NCBI RefSeq assembly: GCF_000181795.1
Contig: NW_003526941.1
Location: 9,692,353 to 9,739,097, forward strand
DNA: 46,745 nucleotides
Direction: 5' to 3'
DNA from: Trichinella spiralis
Lineage: Eukaryota
Shown here in pieces: positions 26,801 to 37,862 of the stretch. A program made the translations under genes and the position numbers. Within the stretch, counting starts at the first letter, position 1, and every line of letters starts with the position of its first letter. The notes under the pieces are model-generated. The model had not been told where the DNA came from, did not search any database, and saw only the letters and a list, made by a program, of their open reading frames with translations.

Positions 26801-29800
26801 TGTCACCCGAACATTGCACCAAGACTATGAATGGGAACACGTTGGCTTTTGGAATATTTACATTGGGACAGTAAGCAAATATTTTGACATTTTTTATTTT
26901 AAGCTGTTTTGAATTAGATTAATTTACAACTAAACAAATTTGTGGTGCACAAACAATTTTAATCATTCATTACCCATGATATTTTGAACAAAATATAAAA
27001 GATTCTGCATTATAATTTTGATAAACGTTTGCGACAGTTCCATGAGTGAATTGGTGAAGTTTCTGTTTAATTTAATTGATCTCTATCGATTAGTTTATGC
27101 ACATGCTCCGTGAAGTTTCAAACGTTTCGTAGATTTAGCATTAGTATAAACAATATATACGCATTGCTTTTTTTGTCTTGGATTGAATTCACTGCAGTGA
27201 CGAATTCCATAAGTACCATCTAGCATCTTATCCTGTAATAGGGATATATCAGTACAGATTAAGTTAATGTTTTTGTGTTTGTTTTATTTATATGTGAAAT
27301 TGTTGTGAAATGGAATTGAGTTACTGTTAACGATGCATTGATATCAGAAGTAGAATGAAACTTACTGCATTTCCAAAGGTCAAACATAGTGACTTGATCA
27401 TATCAAAACTGAGGTAATACGCGGTTCCTCTCCTAAAAGCTGTTGTGAAGTTACCCAGTAGCCATAGGAAATTCTCATTCAAAATGGCGTTAACTTGTTT
27501 TTGTATTGCAATATTGATGTATTCGATTAGTTCCTCTTCCTCACTGTCGGCAATTGAATAACGAAAACAGTAGGAAATTAGGATACTAGCGCCTACCAGG
27601 AAACTGATAACACAGTATTTCATTATGCAAAAACTAACTTCAAGCAGTTGCTGCAGTTGTATGATTTTTTGCCACTTAAATACATGAAATGTTAATGTAA
27701 CAAGCAATTGGTTTATTCATTAAATGTGCATAGATGAGAAATTTATTATGAATAAGACTGTAATTTATATAAAGATTAATAAATTTGTACTGAAATTTGT
27801 AAATACTTATTATTCGTTTGCTTTTCATTTGCTGCAAATTTTCCGTGGTGCTTTGACGTGATTAAATTATTAAGTTGCTATTTCATTTCAAATTAAACCC
27901 CATTTAACCCTTTCAGGCCCACCGTATCAACTTTGATACACAGGGCTTTAACGGAAACTGCACATCATATTTACTACCCTCAACGTACTCAGAATCGCTT
28001 GCCCAACCCCCATTATGTCGAGGAACCACTGCCTTTTCAACCGGAAAATTATGTATTAAAACTGTGTGAAACGTTGCCAAAGAACAGAAACTACAAACTG
28101 TTCTTTGACAACTACTACACATTTCTTGAATTACAGCTGCGGTTAAAAGAAATGGGAATCCTATCCTGTGGGACCATTAGACCAAACAGACTTCGTGGCT
28201 GCCCGCTGCTTTCTGAAAAAGATCTGAAGTCGAAGGGCAGAGGTGCTTATGACTTTAGAACTGACGCTAAGAAAGGGATCATCGCAGTTGCTTGGTATAA
28301 CAATAGACGCGTCACAGCGACATCGACATATCTTGGTATAAAACCAAAATGAACTGTGAGAAGATGGGATGGCAGACAGCGAAAAGTAATTAACGTTGAA
28401 ATCCCAAACATTTTAAAAAATTACAACATGAATATGGGTGGCATAGATCTGAACAACGTGCTTGCTGCTCTATACCGACAAAAGTCGAAAATGGACCCGT
28501 CGCATTTTCTTTTGGATCATCAGCACTGCCATGACAAATGCATGGCAACTGTATAAGAGGGACAGAAAAGAGATGCCTGGAACATGCACAGGCACATTGG
28601 ACCTACTAAGCTTCACTTGCCAAGTTAGTCAGTCCTTGTGTCTTGTGAACTTCCAGAAGCCATTTTTGTGCGTCTTCTCCAACGCCACCCCTGACGTCAA
28701 GACGATTGGGAAGACGACCAACTGACGTCTCAAGAGAAGTAGCAAAGGGCCAAACTAGCCATTGGCCAGAAATCACTCAAACGCGAAGAAAATGCAGACT
28801 GTGTTCTAAATTAGCGACGTGCCTATGCAAAAAATGCAGTATTTACCTATGCCTAAGTAGCAACAGAAACTGCTTTACAGAATTTCATAAATAATTATTT
28901 GTCTGCCAATTACTGCATGCCTGCGTACATAAGAACAATAAACATATGCACAATTAGTTATAGAAACGTGTACTTCTTTGAGGCCAAGTGTATCACTTTT
29001 GATACAGCTCTAAAAATGGCACTAATACTATTGAAGCAATAAATCCTATTAGAATTTTCATTCACACACCATAACATGTTTAAAACGCATATTTAAACAA
29101 CGATTGTTTCACAGAAAAAAATGCTGGTCTGAAAGGGTTAATACCCCATATTACCTTCATTTAATATAGTCATTATTTAAAGTTGAAATAATTAATTTAG
29201 AATTTTATCGATGCATGTTTATTCCAATTTTAAACAGTAGTTTGTATTATTGTATGTTATGTATTTTATTCATCATTTCCTTCTTCTATTTGTCAGTAAA
29301 TGATTGAGAATCAAAAGATTACATATAATTATATATGTTACGCTTAATGTTGAAAATTTATAATAGGCAATAAGCATTTGCCTAATATTGAAAAAAACGG
29401 CTTACGAGTCACGCTGTATGTTGAAATGCTTTTATTAATGATATTTGTATTTATTATCAGAAACAAATGTTTCTTTCGCACGAGGTTTATATATATTTTT
29501 GCGTGACTTCCCGGGGTGACAACGAAAATTGCATAATACTCTTTTTCTGCTGCAACTGCATCGACCAGATGAGCAGCCCGATAGGCACATGCACTTAACA
29601 TATCCTTGGTCGCCCGTAGCTTTAGTTACCGCAGTTCTAAGAGGAATTTCGGCGTCAGGTACATCATCAATTGCTAGTAAATTTTCCGATATCACTTGTA
29701 AATCTGCAGCTGAAACTTAGATGACAATTTTCCTTCTCTGCAACCAACAGTGTACAATCCTTCACATTCCGCCATGACAACTACTAAGAAGTTTTTGAGA

Positions 29801-31631
29801 TCCGCGGGTCCACGATCCACGTCTGGCACTCTCAGTGTACAATTCTGACCTATTTGGAGCGGTATTAACATTTTCTTAGATCGTCATGTTATTTTTGCTG
29901 CTGCTCTAGTCTGCCCTGAAGCTGCTTCTTTTCGTGCTTTTATAAAAGTCTCGGAAAAAAAACACGATAAAAAATAACTTTCAAATTATTTTTTCATAAT
30001 GATTTTTCATTTATATCTTAACTAACTCTCAAGGACTGTATCTGCAGAATTAAGTATTCACTTCAACTGGATCACAATTCAGTTATTAAAGGGTTAATAA
30101 AAGCATTTCAAAATACAGCGTGACTTGTAAGCCGTTTTTTAAATATTAGGCAAATGCTTATTGCGTATTATCAATAATAGGCAATTTTCAACATTAGGCA
30201 TAACATATACATTTGCGGGTTGAAATGAGTATTGCCGAATGTATTCTTTTCTCATTTTAATTATATTTTAAAATGATAATTTAATTATTTCACTTATTTC
30301 GTTGCAAGGAAATTTGTAAAGCTATGATTTCTTTATGACTGCAACTATTCATATATTTATGACATCAGAATTACGAGCGACAGTTTTTTTGTACTAATAT
30401 TCTATTATTCTTTTATTGCTTGAAGAAGTTTCTGAGCATCACTGATTAAACATTTGTTGAAAATAATGACTTATATAGAATTTTTATTTTCTGTTTTAAG
30501 CGTTTCATTTGTAATTTGCAGCAAAAACTGCACGTGCAAGAATGTTATATTTCACATAAACGATTATCTTTTAATCATATTGTATTTTAAGAATTTATAA
30601 CAATTAAAAAAAATTTTTTTTTCAATTTTTTGTTTTTTAAGATTTTTGATTAATTGAATTTTTAAGTGATTTTGATTGATTATTTTTTTTTCAAAGTTTT
30701 ACTTTTATGGTTTACGTTTTCTGTAAAATTATATGTGGTGAACAAATTTCACATAAATAATTATATCTCACATTAAGGTATATATTATTTATTGCTATTC
30801 ATTTATGCTCTTTGATATGCCCGACGATTTGTGTGTTTTTAGTAATCAAAATCAGAAGTAAAATATTGTTCGTACAGGTGCTGAAAAATAATTCATGCAG
30901 GTGCATGCATGATATTAACAATTTGTTTTTGCTAATTAATTAAGTAATTTGTTCCAGAATACGTCTCATTGAAATTAGTATTGAAATATAACTTTCTAAA
31001 GTATCACTTTGTAAATTTGATTTGCATTCTCATTTGCTCCTTTGAGTGACTTACGTTATACGATAAACGAAATTTGAAAATCAGGTTAATGTAATTTTTG
31101 GGTACTTTAAATGGTCGTCATGGAAGTAATATTAATTGAAATTTTTGAATAATTTAAAAATTGTCTCATTTTCTAAAATTATAATTATTCCAATACTTTT
31201 ACTAATGTATAGCAGTGTTGTGTTTGTCGTGTAATTAACAGAGGAATTTCAAGATGAAAATGGAATTTTATGTTATAAATTGAAGAATGTTTGAAAGTAG
31301 TGTACATCAGTTAGGAGGAATAATTTGAAAATTTTACTAGCAATTTTGTTGTTTGACAGGGTTTTTGATGGATTTTGGTTTGAAAAAATGTTTGATTCTA
31401 TTTCAGCTTTACGATCTGTACACAACCACATTCTCTCCAACAGAAGCTTCTTTGCGTAAAGAGTTGGTTGGCTTCAAAGCGACAACCGGCATTTTTATTA
31501 TCCTCTGTGCTGCAACACTGACCTGCGCCGGAACATTGCTTTATTTGCATGCAATTTACAAGCGAAATCGTCCAGTTTCTGTGCATTACGTTTTACAAAA
31601 AGATCCACAACATTCCTTTGATTCCACTTAA
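23845..31631 (+). CDS. Non-catalytic carboxylesterase-fold type I membrane protein (neuroligin-like / gliotactin-like, glit-1-like)
   Basis: Exons 23845-23931, 23993-24271, 24466-24630, 24684-24834, 24895-25077, 25138-25337, 25869-26016, 26083-26273, 26336-26640, 26729-26870, 31407-31631 join in frame. FLGIPYA, EDCLYLNIFTP, FFHGGG, NYRLGPFG, nucleophile elbow GHGSG (Ser replaced by Gly), TM helix in the last exon. glit-1 orthology is an inference. Confidence 0.85.
27095..27623 (-). CDS. Nested small secreted cystatin-fold-like protein (131 aa, 2 exons)
   Basis: Exon 1 27623-27366 (MKYCVISFLVGASILISYCFRYSIA-DSEEE...SLCLTFGNA, donor GTAAGT), 133 nt intron ending CTATTACAG, exon 2 27232-27095 (DKMLDGTYGIRHCSEFNPRQKKQCVYIVYTNAKSTKRLKLHGACA*). 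Signal peptide plus four mature Cys, the last pair spaced C-x19-C as in type 2 cystatins. Confidence 0.72.
27908..29137 (+). mobile_element. Internally deleted piggyBac transposon
   Basis: TTAA at 27904-27907 and 29138-29141. TIRs CCCTTTCAGGCC and (reverse complement) CCCTTTCAGACC, 11/12 match. Subterminal palindromic GTATCA..TTTGATAC motif near both ends. Transposase remnant inside. Confidence 0.93.
27933..28894 (+). pseudogene. piggyBac transposase C-terminal half, disrupted
   Basis: YKLFFDNYYT, GTIRPNR, YNMNMGGIDL, KWTRRIFFW and the Cys-rich C-terminus CRLC..CLCKKC..LC..CFTEFH are split across ORFs by a TGA at 28350-28352 and frameshifts. N-terminal half missing. Confidence 0.9.
29336..30205 (-). 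mobile_element. Internally deleted Ginger-type (Gypsy-integrase-related) DNA transposon
   Basis: TGTTA...TAACA termini, 4 bp TATA target duplication (29332-29335 / 30206-30209), ~100-110 bp imperfect TIRs (29336-29437 vs 30094-30205), and an internal KRBA2/SCAND3-like integrase C-terminus. Confidence 0.8.
29435..29949 (-). pseudogene. KRBA2/SCAND3-like integrase C-terminal remnant
   Basis: Manual translation: TFIKARKEAASGQTRAAAKIT*RSKKMLIPLQIGQNCTLRVPDVDRGPADLKNFLVVVMAECEGLYTVGCREGKL, a 1 nt frameshift, then ...GDQGYVKCMCLSGCSSGRCSCSRKRVLCNFRCH. Catalytic core deleted. Confidence 0.8.
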
Positions 31632-31860
31632 TTTGATCCTATTCAGCGTATTTTATATTATTTTTATTGTTGTTATTGTTAATATTAAAAAGGATTTTCT
31701 GTATTGTCTTTTTTTTCTTTTGTTCATTCGGCATCAATTCTTGCCATAGATGTATATATATATTTTATTTTGTTGCTTTGCTTATTTGTATTTTTTCATA
31801 ATTTAATTTAATATAATATATAAATATTTATTGTTTAGAATTAATAAAACAGTAATTGTA

Positions 31861-32118
31861 ATGTCGAATATTGCTGATTTGCGAGAATTGTTTCTGCGAG
31901 CTTTGCAATGCTTGGATGACAATTATGTAAAATTTCATTTGTACAGCAATGTGGAAGCGACCGGTCGTTTGGCAGCTATACACCCAAGAGAATTCTACAT
32001 ATTGGTCAATGAATTCGGTGGTAATGTTATTTCACATTTTTCTAGCGTTGTCTTGAGGCCGTCTGATTTCATATCTCTGGAGGCAGATATGATTCGAAGT
32101 AAAGATTTGAACGCTTAG
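31861..32118 (+). CDS. GEMIN7: Gem-associated protein 7-like (Sm-fold SMN complex subunit), 85 aa single exon
   Basis: LRELFLRAL..VKFHLYSNVEATGRLAAI..ILV..VVLRPSDFIS follows the Gemin7 pattern LRERYLRSL..VSFTL..AHFGA..ALLRCSDIIS (recognised from memory, not searched). Confidence 0.75.
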   Translation: MSNIADLRELFLRALQCLDDNYVKFHLYSNVEATGRLAAIHPREFYILVNEFGGNVISHFSSVVLRPSDFISLEADMIRSKDLNA

Positions 32119-33359
32119 CATATTGAAATGTTATGCATATTTTTGAAAATTATTAAATTTCCATGAAATTCATAATGCGCATCTATTTGTCAGTGCTTTC
32201 AATCGATTTCAAAGTTTGCATTGTTTGAAATCTCATACTATTACGTTTTATTTATTTGTAGCAAAAGAAAAAATCATGTAATTTTTGATTTGGTTAATTT
32301 CAGCAGAAATTTTGAAAAAAACTGGTTGGAACTGTTGTTAATAAATTTGCTTTTATTTTCGGTAAATTTAAATATTGAATGAAACGTGAACGTCACAAGA
32401 CAAAACTGAATACCAGATATATATTCATGAAATACGAAAAGTAAGTTTGCTTTTAATTGTGATGAAAAAATTAAAGTATGTATGATAATTGCATCAACGC
32501 TGCTGCTCTGGTGAGAATTACTTTGATTGGTTGAAACGATCAGAAATTTGATTGGTCAAATTAGAAATCAATACTCTTTAAATCTTCATCAATCAAATCA
32601 AATCATATCAGTGGAGTAGTAATCTTTCAATGGCACTGTTGCATAAGGAAATCATGCAACGAAAGTGAAATGCGGTGTGTGCAAAATTTTCGTTTTCAAA
32701 AGTTTGAGAAGATTTTTTTTAATCAAATTATTTCTGCTGAAATTGTGGAGAAGAAAATAAATTATTTTGATTGAAGTTTGAAAATGTTTGAAGATGACTG
32801 AATACAGTAAGTTTGAAATGTTTACGCTGAACAAAAAGTCAATTTCATTTTAAACTAAGATGCATGAGTAAACTGTTCATGGCGAATGACTAGTTGTGAA
32901 TTTTACTTTTATAATACAACTGACGTTCTGTTCTAAGCATTAACAAATCAACATTTGATAATCAAAATGAATTGTTTTTCAAATAATGACATAAGATTGT
33001 ATTGATGGGTTTCCACTAACATTATGAGTAATGAGCAAGAAAAGTAACAATAATTATGAAAAATTTTCGATACTGAATGTAAATTTTGTACGCTAATTTA
33101 GTTTAATTATTTTTTAATTAAGTTAAACTTCCATCAGATGATGTCAGTGGAGTGCATATCAACATATTCAATTTTCATATCAACAGTCATCGAGATCTTT
33201 CACTTTATATATCGATTTCAAAAATTGGTAGATCAGCTTAATTGAACAATTGTATAATTAATTGCGCAATGTACTACCCACTGCATTGTACTTTATAATT
33301 CCATTTTACTATTCCAATAGTTTTCAAATTCATAAACAAATTTGTTTTGGTTATTTTCA

Positions 33360-35090
33360 AATTAAGAAATCAAAACATATTTTGACTGTCTGACTTTTTT
33401 GTTTTGTCTGGATCACTTTTTTCTGTCAGTGTGTTTAAATTTTAGCGGCAAGTTTTGATTGATGAGTTTCATTTATCCAGGTCAATTTTGAATTTTCAAA
33501 TTGCTCTCATTGGTTGAATTTGTCAGATTGTCTGAAATCGTTTGTTCAAATAATGTGATTACATAATTTTTTCAACTATCTCTCTATGTTAGTCGGCATT
33601 CAATAGACAGGGAACATATAATTTGTGTGTTTCACAATTGCACGTACAATAAATATATTATATAATAATGTTAATAAGTAAAGCGAAATAAGAAATAAAT
33701 TAGACAATGAAAAGTGTTTCCATCATCATTGGCACTGTTCGAATTATATTTTCAATTGTTCAATGTGCATCAGTTGTGTTAATAGAGTTTGGTGGAAAAT
33801 TGGCATTGTTCTTAATTTCAGTAGAAATGATAAAAATGGAAATTTGCATACGAGTTCAATATTGATTGCAATGTTGCTTTATTTGAATTAATTTCAGATT
33901 GACACTGTGCGTGACGTGGAAGAGGTGCGTTTTCATTAACAAAAGCGGCCAAGAAACATTTTCCACTAACGAATGGGTTATTTATGTTTTTCTCTCATTT
34001 TTATTATTCAAAAATCATATTTCAAAATCAACCATGAAAAGGCACTGCGTTTGGTAAGTGAAAGCTTTTTGATTTACATAATAGAATTTGTATTACATTT
34101 GTAATTAGATATTGAATTTATTTTTTCAACACAATTGAATAATATATGGGTAAAAAATGAATAATGGGAGATTTCTTTATTAAAATGTTCAGTGTAAATT
34201 AATTGGCAAGTTTTCTAGATGTTCAGCAAGTAGAGTGGTACATTGTAAAACGTAAAATGCAAGAAATATTTTATAAATTAAGAGGTGATTAACTTTACAA
34301 ATCGAATTATTCAAATTTCCATATTCTGGTGATATTCAATTCCAATTTATTTTCAAATAAAATAGAAAGGTGATACAAGTTTTAGCTCTTTCTAAACCTT
34401 TCCTAGGTTGAATAACGCCATTTTCACTTTATTCAAATACTATGTAAATTAGTGTTTTCTGAAAATCATGTTCTCACTAACTAGAAGTCATGCTCTATTG
34501 AATAAGCAGACTTTTACATCTGAATATTTCACTTCAATGTACCTTGTATTTTCCTGAAAAATTACCTTTGTATTTCTATTTGAAAACTATTTCACACATG
34601 CAGAGGCTTGTTTTTACTTGGTCACTTTTTTTCCCATCTCCTTCCTACTGGCTTATTTTGGCAGGAACACTTTTATTGATCAGTTCCATCATTTTTAGGT
34701 CCTTTTTGCATTTTCAAATAATCATCATTGTTGGATATGATTTTGAGCTTCATCTCAAATAGTGGAGTAGGCGGCTGAAAAATTGGAATTCATAATCTGT
34801 GCGCGCTATCCATGTATCTGCTTTTTTTGTTCCCACAACATCCAGATGAGGTTAGAATTGAGTTAGGTTTATAAAGAAGTTCCAATGCACTAAAATCGGT
34901 TTCTAACGCTGCACTATGCAAATATGATCGCCATACAGGTGCCTGATAATCAGTAACGGTACACTCGCTTGTTTGTCTTACGTGGAAAGTGGCTGCGTCA
35001 TAAAATATTCTCTGGACCGTCCATAATTGAAGAAAAGTAATTCGTATTTCTACCTGTCTTACTTTTCTTCAAAACGTGTGCATAATCATT
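33360..35090 (+). repeat. Degenerate duplicated block, collinear with ~38440-40450
   Basis: Shared segments in the same order, e.g. ATTGG..TTTGTCAGATT, TTGGCACTGTT, an exon-like GGAAG..TGCGTTTT...GTAAGTG, and the GGTTAGAATT..AAGAAGTTC..CGCTGC.CTATGCAAAT..GATCGCCATA core. Boundaries approximate. Confidence 0.6.
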
Positions 35091-37121
35091 GCATGAAAAT
35101 TACATTATATTCCGTTTATTTTCTTTTATATTATATTCCGGTACAGGTTAGAATAGATCTTCAGCAAGAAATTCCAATCCACTAAAATCGATATCTGACG
35201 CTGCGCTATGCATTTATTTTTCAAAATTTACCAATTAGAGTTTGTTTTTCAAAGTAACAATAATATTTTTGTAACTTCGTCTTGTAAATCAGCATTTTAT
35301 TTCCTGTATTTAATCGACGTGCAGCATTTTATCAGTGAAATGTTAATAGGCAACATGAAGCACGATTTATTTCAAGAATATTGAAGTATGCTGAACTTTT
35401 GTCTTGTCTGAAGTGACTGATATTTATATTTCAATTTGTTAATACATTTCAAAAGCACAAAAACCATTTCTGGACAATTTTGAAAATTCTACATTACTCA
35501 CGTTTTTCTCAGCTTTCAATTTCAGATTGTAAAATAATTGATAGAAGACATTTGTACTTTAAAAAAGGAGTTGTATTAGAAAATTTTTTCTTATGCATAC
35601 TATGAATTGTAATACAACGACAATGACAACAACAGTAATGCATAACCAAAGTAATGGAAATGCATAATGATAACTACGAGTTCATTTATTAAATATTGTG
35701 AAAAGTCAGTTCAAAATGTTAACTTGATATGAAAATTCAGCTTTTTCTATCACATAGTTTTATTTCTCTGGCGGGATTGAGTACTAATTGCTTGAAGATG
35801 AAGCTAATAAGAAAGCGAATTGTTTGCTTTGCATAGAATTCATACCGTTGGTAATTTTTTGCTGCGCCATCAATTTCACCGTTCAGACACAGCAAGCGCA
35901 GTCAATGTAAATTTTCTATGAGAAAAGTCAGAATTGTTGAAGTTTTTAATTAGTTAAGTCTATTCACACCATGAGCTGAACAATTTTTTGATAAATATAG
36001 ATGCATGATGATTAAGACGAGCCGGATTTGTTTCAGCTCACTTTATCAGCTCTTGATGATTATCGCTGTTCCAGAACAAACGACAGTTCTCATGCTTTAA
36101 CTTAGGTGAATCTATATTATTCATAAGTTTTCATCTACAGTACTAACTAGAAGCAGTCCCGTTAAGCTGTTTTATTCTCTCAGGACAAGAAGAAAATCAT
36201 CAGTGCTTTATTTTTGCACAAAAATATAATTATCTTCAGATTTGATTTTGTTTCATTTCTCGAACGGCCAGACATGCTATTGCTAACCATGATTGCTTAC
36301 ATCTTCAACAAGATATTACCATTTGAACTATTGATCATCAACAATCATCGCTAAGCTGTACACCCTATTCTTCTGCTATTTCTGAACCAATTCGTAGTTC
36401 TAGTTACTGTGATTAGCAAATTGCATTCTAATTGGCAACACGAAATGTAGATAATTTTGTGAAGGATAATTCAATTACATGTGTAAATTAAAAGAAAAGG
36501 AAATATAAAGTAATATGTGCGTGCAGAATAACACTTGAATACTTTTTATGCACTGCTGTTAATATCTGTAGCGATAGGATAGCACAAAAATGAATATGTA
36601 GGTTAATCATTTGACTGTGTATATGCTTTATTATGTAACGTGCTTCTTAATGTGCTTTCTGTGCGTTTTAGTAAGATAGAAAGCACACTTGCAGACGCGC
36701 ACACGCACACATATTTATATATATTTGCATGCATGTAGGTGAACAATTATAAACTGTATGATAGGCGGCTAACACGAAAGCTTCGAATATTACGATAGAA
36801 ACGTACGATCTAGCTGAAAGTGACTGGTATAGTTGTTTAGCCAGCATTAACAAAGCACAACAGTAAGAGGCAGTTTTTGAGACATTCTGTGCATTAATAA
36901 CTGAATTTAGTTACAAACAAAACTCCAATATTTAATACACATTTTAATTTGCACAAATAACACTAATACACATTAGAAACAACATGTAAATGACAGTTTG
37001 ACTTTTAAATTGAAACAAAATATTAAATGAAACATTACAAAGATACTTTACGTGAAACAACTTCGTCAGCAAGATGGCGTGGTTTATGACAAAAATGAAA
37101 TAAATAAAGCACATGTTCTGG

Positions 37122-37862
37122 TCACATTGATTCGTCAGCATCAATTTCGTCGTCTGAATCTTGTTGCATTTTCCGTCGTTCCAGATTTCTCTGTCGTCGA
37201 TGCAAACTCATTTGCTGCATTTTAAAGTATGAAGAAAAATGCACATCAATAACATCCCTCACATTATCTTTTTCATACATGTTTACCGGTAGGAACGAGC
37301 TGTCTTCCCAATTGGTAACTTCACAATCAAATACTTTGCCTACTTTCATGACTTTGTCAAATATATTCATTACATATTCATTTAATTCGAACGAATCAAA
37401 TCCTTGGAGATAACATTTGAACGCCAACGGTGGTAATTCATTAAACTGACAGTAAAGTGGTCGAACTTTGTTCAACTCGACAACAGAATGAGAACCAACG
37501 TCTACGAAGAAAACCCGCAATAGCGTGCCAAGCTTAGAAACAATAAGTCCGCGATGCCAGAGACTGTTTTCCAAAACCGCCACCGGCATCCCCAATGCAG
37601 CATTTATGATGATCGAATTAGGTAGATGTTCAATTTCTTTGTAAAAAACATTTATTGCTCTTCCCAGATCTTCTTGTTTACTTTCAAAAATCAGAAAATT
37701 AACATGGAAGTTATTTGGAGAAGTCCAGTTTGATACTACAGCTTGAAGTCGCATGGAACCGAATATTGATCTCCCGAAGGCGTCATAGTTGAACAAATCA
37801 CACTGATTTTTGTAGAACGTGGCAATTTCATAATCATAAGGTATATTTGATGCTCCGTCCAT
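37122..37862 (-). CDS. Single extended-Tudor-domain protein, intronless, 246 aa
   Basis: VVSNWTSPNNFHV ... WHRGLIV..LLRVFFVDVGSHSVVELNKVRPLYCQFNELPPLAFKCYLQG is the extended Tudor (TDRD/Tudor-SN) signature. Acidic tail. Confidence 0.85.
   Translation of the reverse strand: MDGASNIPYDYEIATFYKNQCDLFNYDAFGRSIFGSMRLQAVVSNWTSPNNFHVNFLIFESKQEDLGRAINVFYKEIEHLPNSIIINAALGMPVAVLENSLWHRGLIVSKLGTLLRVFFVDVGSHSVVELNKVRPLYCQFNELPPLAFKCYLQGFDSFELNEYVMNIFDKVMKVGKVFDCEVTNWEDSSFLPVNMYEKDNVRDVIDVHFSSYFKMQQMSLHRRQRNLERRKMQQDSDDEIDADESM

Noticed and set aside
30088..30097. AAAGGGTTAA resembling a second piggyBac end
   Set aside because: Only a short match at the inner edge of the Ginger TIR, with no partner end.
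34530..36420. Possible coding remnants and splice-like sites
   Set aside because: Stops in all frames tried, and no coherent gene model could be built.
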